From positions 1 through 64,000 of the forward strand of contig JAVBPW010000002.1 of the NCBI GenBank assembly GCA_031549385.1: 64,000 bases of DNA. The letters run 5' to 3'. Both the position numbers and the translations under genes were made by a program. Positions within the stretch are counted from its first letter, which is position 1. The number at the start of each line of letters is the position of its first letter. Shown here in pieces: positions 46,696 to 55,800 of the stretch. The notes under the pieces are model-generated. The model was not told where the DNA came from. It ran no database searches and saw nothing but the letters and a program-made list of their open reading frames with translations. This stretch comes from Alphaproteobacteria bacterium. GTDB lineage: Bacteria; Pseudomonadota; Alphaproteobacteria; Rs-D84; SZUA-605.

Positions 46696-48705
46696 ATGGG
46701 TAAAATGAAACTAGGTAGAAAAGTATTAATATCAACAATATCTCTTGTTGTTATTTGTGGATTGGCTTGTACTGTTGCTAATTATTTTAAAAAGAAAAAT
46801 TCAAATAATTCTCAAAAAGAAGCAACTGCAGTTACTGCAAAAATGAATGATGCTCTTTTGAGCTATTTACCATTTGAAGATAAACAAGATTTTGAAGATG
46901 CTCAAAGAGGATTTATTGCTACTATTGCAGATTTAAACTTAAAAAGTGAACAAGGGCATACTATTTGGAGTATGACAGATTATGCTTTTTTGAATAATGA
47001 AAAAGCTCCAGCTACTGTTAATCCAAGTTTATGGAGACAGTCTAGAATTAATATGTTTAATGGACTTTTCAAAGTTACTGATAGAATTTATCAAGTACGT
47101 GGTTTTGATTTGTCTAATATGACTATATTGGAAGGAGATACTGGAATTATAGTTATAGATCCTCTTGCATCTGCGGAAACTGCTAAAGTTGCTTTGGAGC
47201 TTTATTTTAAACATCGTCCAAAGAAGCCTATTGTTGCTGTTATTCATACTCATTCTCATATAGACCATTATGGTGGTGTTAGAGGTATTATTTCTGAGGA
47301 AGATGTAAAATCTGGAAAAATTAAATTAATTGCACCTGATGGTTTTTTTAAGGCTGCTATTTCTGAAAATGTTTATGCTGGAAATGCTATGGGGCGTCGT
47401 GCACTTTATCATACTGGAGCATTACTTAAAAAAAGTGAAAAAGGTCAAGTTGATGACGGTTTAGGTAAAACAGCTTCAATTGGAACAAATACTATTATAG
47501 AGCCAACAACTATTATCAAAACGACTGGTGAAAAAATGACAGTTGATGGAATTGATATTGTGTTTTTAATGGCTCCTGGTACAGAAGCGCCTGCAGAAAT
47601 GTTGATGTATTATCCTCAATTTAAAGCTCTTAATGCCGCTGAAGATTGCACTCATAATTTGCATAACCTTTATACTCTTCGTGGAGCAGAAGTTCGTGAT
47701 GCTAATCAATGGTGGAAAACTTTGAATAATGCTATTGAAATGTTTGGCTCAGATGTAGAAGTTATGTTTGCTCAACATCATTGGCCAATTTGGGATAATA
47801 ATAGAGTAAATGAAATGCTTGCTTCTCAAAGAGATATGTATAAATATTTACATGATTATTCACTTAATTTAATTAATAAAGGTTATACTATGATTGAGAT
47901 TGGTGAGTTAGTTAAATTGCCAGAAAATTTAGATAAAAAATTTTATAATAGAGGATATTATGGTTCTGTTAACCATGATGTTAAGGCTGTATATCAAAAA
48001 TATATTGGTTTTTATAGTGGTAATCCTGCTGATCTTTATCAGTTGCCACCAGAAGATGCTGCAAAGAAATATGTAGAATATATGGGTGGTGCTGATCATG
48101 TTATTAGAAAAGCAAAACAAGATTACAAAGATGGAAACTATCGTTGGGTTGCTCAAGTTATGAACCAAGTTGTTTTTGCTTATCCTAATAATCAAGAAGC
48201 TAAAGATTTAGAAGCTGATGCATTAGAACAATTAGGTTATCAAGCAGAATCTGGAACTTGGAGAAATAATTTCTTATTTGGTGCACAAGAGCTTAGAGGT
48301 GGAGTTATAAAACTTCCTACTGCAGGAATTGCTTCACCTGATACTATTAGAGGGATGACAACAGATATGGTGTTTGATTTAATGGGTATTCGTCTTGATG
48401 TTAAAAAAGCTGATGGAAAATTATTATCATTTAATGTAGAAAATAAAGAAAAAAGTGAAAAATATCTATTAAAATTAAGTAACTCAGCTTTAGTTTATAC
48501 ACAAAATAAATCAGATAATAAAGCTGATGCTACTATTGTTTTATATTCTTCTTCAGATTTAGCAGAAATTATTGGTGGAATTGCTAAATTAGATGATAAA
48601 GTTAAAGCTGGTAAGATTAAAATAACAGGAGATAAATCTAAATTTGAAGATTTGTTAAATATGCAAGAAGTGTTTGATCAAAACTTTAATATTGTTACTC
48701 CATAA
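46696..48705 (+). CDS. Alkyl/aryl sulfatase (SdsA1/YjcS type, metallo-beta-lactamase fold)
   Basis: TVNPSLWRQ, YQVRGFDLSN, HSHIDHYGG, HNLYTLRGA.VRD, QHHWP, C-terminal SCP2-like domain. Confidence 0.93.
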   Translation: MGKMKLGRKVLISTISLVVICGLACTVANYFKKKNSNNSQKEATAVTAKMNDALLSYLPFEDKQDFEDAQRGFIATIADLNLKSEQGHTIWSMTDYAFLNNEKAPATVNPSLWRQSRINMFNGLFKVTDRIYQVRGFDLSNMTILEGDTGIIVIDPLASAETAKVALELYFKHRPKKPIVAVIHTHSHIDHYGGVRGIISEEDVKSGKIKLIAPDGFFKAAISENVYAGNAMGRRALYHTGALLKKSEKGQVDDGLGKTASIGTNTIIEPTTIIKTTGEKMTVDGIDIVFLMAPGTEAPAEMLMYYPQFKALNAAEDCTHNLHNLYTLRGAEVRDANQWWKTLNNAIEMFGSDVEVMFAQHHWPIWDNNRVNEMLASQRDMYKYLHDYSLNLINKGYTMIEIGELVKLPENLDKKFYNRGYYGSVNHDVKAVYQKYIGFYSGNPADLYQLPPEDAAKKYVEYMGGADHVIRKAKQDYKDGNYRWVAQVMNQVVFAYPNNQEAKDLEADALEQLGYQAESGTWRNNFLFGAQELRGGVIKLPTAGIASPDTIRGMTTDMVFDLMGIRLDVKKADGKLLSFNVENKEKSEKYLLKLSNSALVYTQNKSDNKADATIVLYSSSDLAEIIGGIAKLDDKVKAGKIKITGDKSKFEDLLNMQEVFDQNFNIVTP

Positions 48706-48710
48706 TAAAT

Positions 48711-48736
48711 AAAGCTCCTGAAAAGGAGCTTTTTTA
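48711..48736 (+). terminator. Intrinsic terminator (identical to 50794-50819)
   Basis: AAAGCTCCT-GAAA-AGGAGCTTT-TTTA. Confidence 0.85.
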
Positions 48737-48741
48737 GACAC

Positions 48742-48774
48742 AAAAATAAGGGGAATTTATCCCCTTTATTTTTT
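48742..48774 (-). terminator. Intrinsic terminator of the EF-hand gene
   Basis: AAAAATAAGGGGA-ATTTA-TCCCCTTTATTTTT. Confidence 0.75.
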
Positions 48775-48785
48775 AAAAGGTTATA

Positions 48786-49121
48786 TTATTTATTACCTTT
48801 TTTTCCACCTTTTTGGCCTTTACCTTCGCCGTCTTTTTTCCATTCACCTTTATGTTCTTCTTTGAATGATTTCATTTCTTCTTTTGTGATACATCCATCA
48901 CCATCTTTGTCCATTTTATCAGCATCATTTGCCATTGGGCCTTTTAATTGTGTTTTATCTAAACATCCATCAACAAACTTTTTTTCCCAATCTGGTTTTT
49001 CACCTTTCATACCTTTATGATCGCCTGATGGTTTCCCTTTTGGACCTTTTGTTGTTGTATCATTAGCCATTACATTTGTTGAAATTAATGCAACTGTTAA
49101 AATAAATAATGCTTTTTTCAT
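48786..49121 (-). CDS. Small secreted EF-hand protein
   Basis: Signal peptide; DKDGDGCITKEE EF-hand loop; K/G-rich flanks. Confidence 0.75.
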   Translation of the reverse strand: MKKALFILTVALISTNVMANDTTTKGPKGKPSGDHKGMKGEKPDWEKKFVDGCLDKTQLKGPMANDADKMDKDGDGCITKEEMKSFKEEHKGEWKKDGEGKGQKGGKKGNK

Positions 49122-49233
49122 TTTGTTTCTCCTTTTGTTAAAGTGTTAGAATTTTATCACAAATTTGTCTTGCCAGCAATGATTTAAATTACTATTTTTA
49201 GATATGTGCAATTATGCGACAAGTGAGGTTTTC

Positions 49234-50031
49234 ATGCTAGGGGCTGTTATTGGTGATATTGTAGGTTCTGTTTATGAGTTTAATAATATTAAAACTAAAG
49301 AGTTTAAATTCTTTTCTGAAAAAGGATATTTTACAGATGATACTATTTTAACTTGTGCATCTGCTGACTGGTTGCTTAATGGAGGAAATGCTAAAGATTT
49401 CTTAGTTAAATGGGGAAATAAATATATTAATAGAAATGTTCAAGCTCCACAAACTCCTTTTGGAAAAGGTTTTATGGATTGGCTGAAGGATAAAGAACAC
49501 AAACCTTATATGGCTAATACTAATGGTTGTGTTATGAGAATTAGTCCTGTTGCTTATTTAATTAGAAATACAAAAGAAGCTTTAAAAAAAGCAGAGCAAT
49601 TTTCTAATGTTACTCATAATCATATTGAAAGTTTAAATGCTGTTAGAGCTTATATTGAAACTGTTCATAAATGTTTTAATAAAGAAAATTCTAATAGTGT
49701 TAGAAAATATATTTCAGATAAATATGGATATGATTTAACTAAATCAGTTGATGAAATAAGACAAGATTATAATAAATTTTATTGCACTTGTAAAAACTCT
49801 GTTCCTCAGGCTATTGTTTGTGCATTAGAAGCAAATTCATTTGAAGATGGAATCAGAAATGCTGTCTCACTTGGTGGAGATAGTGATACTCTTGCTTGTA
49901 TGTGTGGGGCTATTGTTGAGGCTCGATTTGGAATTCCTAATGATATTAAAGAAAAAGCTTTTCAATATTTAGATGATAATATAAAAAAAATTATTGCTCT
50001 AGAATATGATGAAAGAATCATTGATTTATAA
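49234..50031 (+). CDS. ADP-ribosylglycohydrolase family protein
   Basis: MLGAVIGDIVGS.YEF, FTDDT, NGCVMR, VTHNH, SLGGDSDT. Confidence 0.93.
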   Translation: MLGAVIGDIVGSVYEFNNIKTKEFKFFSEKGYFTDDTILTCASADWLLNGGNAKDFLVKWGNKYINRNVQAPQTPFGKGFMDWLKDKEHKPYMANTNGCVMRISPVAYLIRNTKEALKKAEQFSNVTHNHIESLNAVRAYIETVHKCFNKENSNSVRKYISDKYGYDLTKSVDEIRQDYNKFYCTCKNSVPQAIVCALEANSFEDGIRNAVSLGGDSDTLACMCGAIVEARFGIPNDIKEKAFQYLDDNIKKIIALEYDERIIDL

Positions 50032-50081
50032 ATAAAAAGATTCTAAGCTGATAATTATCATATTAAAAAAGGAGAAGAGAT

Positions 50082-50780
50082 ATGAAAAAATACTTTGCTG
50101 AAGTTATTGGAACTATGGTTTTAGTTTTCTTTGGAGTAGGTTCTGCAGTTCTTGCAGGAGCTTATATTGGTAATGTTGGAGTTGGACTTTGTTTTGGGGT
50201 TGCTGTTATTGCTATGGCTTATGCTTTGGGTGCTATTTCAGGAGCTCATCTTAATCCAGCTGTTTCACTTGGGATGCTTGCAAGTGGCAGAATGAAAGCT
50301 ACTGATTTTTTTGGTTATGTAGTTGCTCAATTTATTGGTGCTACACTTGGTGCATTACTTGTTTACTTTATTGTTATCGGTATGCCTGGTTATACTATTG
50401 CTGCTGGTCTTGGACAAAATGGATGGGGAATGGGATATGCTAGCGAATTTAATTTAACATCTGCTATATTGTTTGAACTTATTGCTACATTTATGTTTGT
50501 TAGAATTATTTTGGAAGTTACAGAACAAGATAGTAAACATGCAGGATTAGTTATTGGTTTAACATTAGCTGTATTATTAATGATTGGAATGCAAATTACT
50601 GGTGGATCACTTAATCCTGCTCGTAGTTTTGCTCCTGCTGTTATTGTAGGTGGAACTGCATTACAACAATTATGGTTGTTCTTAGTTGTTCCAGCTGCTG
50701 GTGGATTGTTAGCAGGACTTGTTCATCGTTTCTTTGGATTGAACAAAGTTTCAACAAAAAAGACAAATAAAAGAAAATAA
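50082..50780 (+). CDS. aqpZ: Aquaporin Z (MIP family)
   Basis: ISGAHLNPAVS and SLNPARSF NPA motifs. Confidence 0.92.
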   Translation: MKKYFAEVIGTMVLVFFGVGSAVLAGAYIGNVGVGLCFGVAVIAMAYALGAISGAHLNPAVSLGMLASGRMKATDFFGYVVAQFIGATLGALLVYFIVIGMPGYTIAAGLGQNGWGMGYASEFNLTSAILFELIATFMFVRIILEVTEQDSKHAGLVIGLTLAVLLMIGMQITGGSLNPARSFAPAVIVGGTALQQLWLFLVVPAAGGLLAGLVHRFFGLNKVSTKKTNKRK

Positions 50781-50793
50781 TTGTAAAAAAATA

Positions 50794-50819
50794 AAAGCTC
50801 CTGAAAAGGAGCTTTTTTA
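50794..50819. terminator. Bidirectional terminator (identical to 48711-48736)
   Basis: AAAGCTCCT-GAAA-AGGAGCTTT-TTTA between convergent genes. Confidence 0.85.
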
Positions 50820-50831
50820 TTTATAGTTTTT

Positions 50832-51323
50832 TTAAAAACGTCCAGATTCCATTTTCATGTCTGGTAAAGTGATTTTATCATAAAATGTATTATCTTGAGT
50901 AAAGATTATTTCTTTTATGTCAGATTTATCAACTTGAAAGATTGTTACTGGTTGCATTTTATAAGTTAGTTTTTCACCTACCTTAACACTGTAGTTAACA
51001 GTTAAAGTTTTGTCTTTTTGCTTTATAGATTTTACTGTAACTTCAGTTTGTTTGTCTGTTGGTGTTAATGCAATTGCTATTGTTCTTTTTGCTGAGTCAA
51101 TTGATGGTTGGTTGGACATTGTTCTTCCTACACCAAAGGAATATAAAAATTCATCTTGAGTATCTGCAACAAAGTAATTTACTGGATATTGTAATTTAAC
51201 AGTATTTTTTAGAAAGTATCCTGTTGATGGATAAAATTTTATTTCTGTTGTTTGAGCTTGAGCTTTACAAGCAGCAAGTGCTATAAATCCTACTGCTATT
51301 AATGCTATTGGTTTGATTTTCAT
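50832..51323 (-). CDS. Exported hypothetical protein (possible lipoprotein)
   Basis: AGGAG RBS; signal peptide with LAAC; beta-rich body. Confidence 0.7.
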   Translation of the reverse strand: MKIKPIALIAVGFIALAACKAQAQTTEIKFYPSTGYFLKNTVKLQYPVNYFVADTQDEFLYSFGVGRTMSNQPSIDSAKRTIAIALTPTDKQTEVTVKSIKQKDKTLTVNYSVKVGEKLTYKMQPVTIFQVDKSDIKEIIFTQDNTFYDKITLPDMKMESGRF

Positions 51324-51461
51324 TTTATGTTCTCCTTTTGGTTTTATAAGTTTATTTTTATTTAGGAAGTAAATCAATTATTTTCAACGGTTATATTTTT
51401 ATTGATTAGAAAAAGTATTTAATTATTATTAGAAGTATAATAAAAATATTTGGAGGTTAAA

Positions 51462-51872
51462 ATGCAATATAAAACTACTGGAAATGTTGATTTAAAAACT
51501 GCTGCTGTTATAGCATTTGTTGGGTTGATTTTTATGTGTGGGCTGTTTTATATAATGCCTAAATATAATGTTTATAGCAAAAGATTATCAGGAGAAGCTC
51601 AATTAGCTGAAGCTGAAAGTAATCGAAAGATTGCTGTTGCAGAAGCTGAGGCAAAAAAAGAAAGTGCTAAATCTTTAGCAGATGCTGAAGTTATTAGAGC
51701 TGAAGGGGTTGCTAAGGCTAATAAGATTATTGGAGATAGTTTGAAACAAAATGAAAGTTATTTAAGATATCTTTATATTCAAAGTCTTTCTGATTCAGAA
51801 ACAAGAGGAAATAAAATTATTTATATTCCAACTGAAGCAGGGTTACCTATTCTTGAAGCAGGAAGAAGATAA
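51462..51872 (+). CDS. Short SPFH/Band-7-related membrane protein
   Basis: One TM, then AEAEAKKESAK..AEVIRAEGVAKANKIIGDSL..YLRYL..IYIPTEAGLPILEA. Confidence 0.75.
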   Translation: MQYKTTGNVDLKTAAVIAFVGLIFMCGLFYIMPKYNVYSKRLSGEAQLAEAESNRKIAVAEAEAKKESAKSLADAEVIRAEGVAKANKIIGDSLKQNESYLRYLYIQSLSDSETRGNKIIYIPTEAGLPILEAGRR

Positions 51873-51879
51873 TTAACCT

Positions 51880-52440
51880 ATGAAATTTATATTAGTTTTT
51901 TTAGGAATTTTTCTTACTTCTTTATCAAGTTGGGCTAATGATAATCCTTTCTTTGGAAAAGATATGAAACAATCATATGGATTTAATACTGGATTTGGTG
52001 TGGACACTGGTTTTATTGTTCCACCTCCTGGACCATTTGTTCCTTTTACTATTATGAATTTTCAATATTCTATGCCAAATACTTTTTTTGAATTACCTGG
52101 ACGTCAATCTATTAACTTTGCTCAGACTTTAGGGTGGGGTGAAGATAGAGGTTGGGATTGGGAAGATTTTTCTATTCCTATTATATATTTATCTGAAGAT
52201 TTTGCATTTTTTTGGGGAAAAGATTGGTATGTTGGAAGTGGGTTAGGAATTGGATTTCAAGCTCATCAAAATGATCGTATTGGATCTAAGTTGCTTTTCC
52301 AATTTAAACTTCTTGCTGGATATAGGTTTTCTGATAAATGGGCAGGGGAATTTATTATTCAACATTTTTCTAATGGATCTACTACTGATCAAAATAATTC
52401 TTATGCTTTTTATGGATTGGGATTTACTTATAGTTTTTAG
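51880..52440 (+). CDS. PagL-like acyloxyacyl hydrolase (lipid A deacylase-like beta-barrel)
   Basis: Signal peptide, GSKLLFQ, QHFSNG catalytic motif, terminal YSF. Confidence 0.75.
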   Translation: MKFILVFLGIFLTSLSSWANDNPFFGKDMKQSYGFNTGFGVDTGFIVPPPGPFVPFTIMNFQYSMPNTFFELPGRQSINFAQTLGWGEDRGWDWEDFSIPIIYLSEDFAFFWGKDWYVGSGLGIGFQAHQNDRIGSKLLFQFKLLAGYRFSDKWAGEFIIQHFSNGSTTDQNNSYAFYGLGFTYSF

Positions 52441-52734
52441 TTATTTGTTACAATAAACTGCATATGTTGTTGGAATGTATATTCCACCTGTCATGAAATC
52501 TATAAATCCGTTTAAAGTATTTCTTGTTGTTTCAATTGAGTTTAAACCTGTTTTTGGACAAGCTTTATCTGCTTGAATTGAACTGCTTCCCCAAAGTCCC
52601 CAAACATAATGACGATGAGTTTCAATAAAACTTGCTTGAGCCATTTTTTTGTCAGGATTATCTAATTGTAAATGAGCTGGCGCACAGCCAGCTAATATTG
52701 CAATTGAAAATAATGCAAAATAAAAGTTTTTCAT
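52441..52734 (-). CDS. Bor/Iss family lipoprotein
   Basis: Lipobox LAGC; YVWGL, ADKAC, T.LNG...MTGGIY.P.T..VYC. Confidence 0.85.
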   Translation of the reverse strand: MKNFYFALFSIAILAGCAPAHLQLDNPDKKMAQASFIETHRHYVWGLWGSSSIQADKACPKTGLNSIETTRNTLNGFIDFMTGGIYIPTTYAVYCNK

Positions 52735-52846
52735 AATTTATATTTATACCTTAAATCAAAAGTTTTTGCAATATAATAAATGAAAAAAACTTGTATTATA
52801 GAATATCGTCTTTATAATAATTTTTATAATTATAAAAGGAATAAAA

Positions 52847-55800
52847 ATGATAAGAAAAATCCTCCCGCTTGTATCCTTAATTTTATTATCAACAAATGTT
52901 TTCGCTAAAGAATTAAAAGTAACTAGAATTACTCCAAATGGTGATGATGTTGAACCTATGTCTCAAATTGTTATTACTTTTAATCAAGATGTTGTTCCAA
53001 TTGGTGAAATGTCACGTAAGAAAGAAGAAATTCCTGTTAAGATTACTCCTAATTTAGATTGTAAGTGGAGATGGATTGATAATTCAAATCTTGCTTGTAT
53101 GCTTGAAGATGGAGATATGAAGGCGGCTACTAAGTATTCTGTTGAAGTTGGAGCTGTAAAAACTTTAAATGGAGAAGAGTTGCAAAAAACATATGAACAT
53201 TCTTTTATTACTCGTCGTCCTTTAGTTAGTTATTCTTACTTCCATCAATGGCAAGGTGCAAATATGCCTATATTTGTTGTGAATTTCGATCAACCTGTAC
53301 AAATAGATAGCCTTGAAGATGCTTTTTATTTTCAAGATAGCGCTTCTTCAAAAAAATATGATGCTAAAGTTGAGGTAAGAAAAGAAGAGTCTAGTAGAGT
53401 GTTTTATGTTTATCCTGCTGTAGAACTTGCAGCTTATAGAACTTATTCTCTTTATACTACTGGAGAATTTTCTTCAAAGTTAGGAGATGAAAAAAGAAAA
53501 AATGAAAAGAAAGAATTACAAAAATTTGCTACTTTTCCTGCAACCCCAAAATTCTTAGGGTTCTCATGTTCAGATGGTGATAATAAGGATGTAAAAGATT
53601 ATAATGTAGAGGATTGTGATCCGTCTAATTATTCAACTATGGTATTTAATGTGCCTGTTAAGGCTAATGCATTGAAGTATGCTAAAGTTACTCCTTCTAT
53701 TTCAATTGATGAAGAAGAGAATCAAAATCAAAAATATAGCAATGATAGTTATACTCCAATGATTTGGGATAATAGCCATAGTGTGGGGAAAAAGTATTAT
53801 GTTTATTTGCCTAGATTCTTGAAGTCTGGGGTTGAATATAAAATCAGTTTTGATAGTAAATTAAAAGATGTATTTGGAAGAGGTTTTGAAGATGGAGTTG
53901 GAACCATTTCATTTGGACCGAGAAGTCCTTATGTTAATGTGAAGTATTCTATGTCAGTTTTGGAAAAACAGGAACAAACTGAAATTCCTGTGTTTATTAC
54001 TAATATTTCAAATTTAGACTTTGACTGTGTTAGTGTGACTGCTGATGGAGTTAAGAAAAAAAGTGAAACTAAAAAATATGATTATCCAAAAAATATAGCT
54101 GTTGGAACTTCACTTGGAGTTAGAAAGTTACTTTCAGATAAATCGGGTATTGTTGCTTGTAAATTAACTTCAAATGATTTGAAAAAGGATAAAAAAGAAG
54201 TTTTTGTTTCTATTGTTACCCCTTGGAACTTAAGTATTAAGGTTGGACATTATAATTCTTCTGTTTGGGTGACTGATATGAAAACTGGACTTCCTGTTGA
54301 AGGTGCTAAGGTTTCTTTTTATAAGAGTACTACAAAAAATATTGGTGACAGAGAAGATTTAGATTCAAAAAAGACTGATAAAAATGGTCTTGCAATTCTT
54401 GGTGGGGTTAAAGAAATGGATCCTAAACTTGAATTTATTAATTCTTGGGATAATGAAAAAGATAAACTTTTTGTTAGAGTAGAAAAAGGTGGTGAACTTG
54501 CTATTATGCCATTTACTTATGATTTTAAAGTTTGGATTGATGGTATTCCTACTTATTTAGAAAGGGAAAATTCTCATATTAAAGTTTGGGGAATTACTCC
54601 ACAAGTTGTTTATAAAAAAGGCCAAGTTGTTGATTTTAAACTTTTTGTTAGAGATGATTTGAATGAAACTTTAGGATTGGCACGTAAGAAGAAAAGATTC
54701 TTGTTTATACCTTATTATAAAACTCCTTCTTTAACTGTTACTGTTGTAGATCCCCTTGGAAAAGAAGTTTATAAAAATTCTGGAGTTAAATTATCAAAAC
54801 TTGGTACTTTTGTTGATGATTTCAAATTGAGCAAAACGGCTGTTTCTGGAACATATATGATGAAGGCATCTATTGATGATGCAAAGTATTCATCTTTGTA
54901 TCCTTTAGAATTTGTGGTTTCTGATTTTAATGCTTCTAATTTTAAAGTGGAAACTTTATTGAGTGCTAAATCTTATAAGTCTGGAGATACATTGAAAGTG
55001 TCTACTGAGGCTAGTTTGCTTTCTGGAGCTCCTTATACTGCAAAAGAAGCAAGAATTAATGTTGAAGTGCAACCTAGTCATTTTGATGTAAGTAATCCTT
55101 TGTTATATAAATATAATTTTCCATATCCTTCATATGATGAAAAGAATGTTACTGTATTAAGTGAAGATTTTGCATTGAGCACAAAAGGAAAGGCAGAGGC
55201 TTTGGTTAAACTGAAAGATTATGATATTCCTTATGCTAAAATTATTGTGGAAAGTTCTGTGAAAGACGATAATGGTAAGGCTATTGCTTCATCTTCTGTT
55301 GCTGACTTTTTTGGAGTAGATAGATTTATTGGAATAAGAAATACTGATTTTGATTACAGAGCAGGAAAAGAATTCCAAATTGAATATGCTGTTGTTGATA
55401 CTAAAGGTGAAATTGTTAGTGCAGCTTCTGTAAATGGAACTCTTGAAATTTCTGAAGTTTCTTTTTCTAAGATAAAAGGAAGTGGAAATGTTTATGAAGA
55501 AAAACGTGAACAAAAATGGAGTAAGGTTGCATCATGTAAAGGAACTTCTTCGATTTCTGAACAATTATGTAAACTTAAAGTTAATAAAAGTGGAGAATAT
55601 AGAATAACTTTTGAAGGAAAAGATACTAAAGGAAAAAAAGTTAAAAATTCTTCAGAATTTTATGTTACAGGAAAAGACTATGTTCTTTGGGCTAAAGATA
55701 AAGGAGATGTTTCTTTTGTTGATCTTGTGCCAAATAAATCATCATATAAAATTGGAGATGTAGCTAAATTTATGGTGAAAAATCCATATCCTGGTGCTTA

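Noticed and set aside
51462-52734. Prophage remnant suggested by the Bor and SPFH-like genes
   Set aside because: No phage structural, lysis or integrase genes nearby
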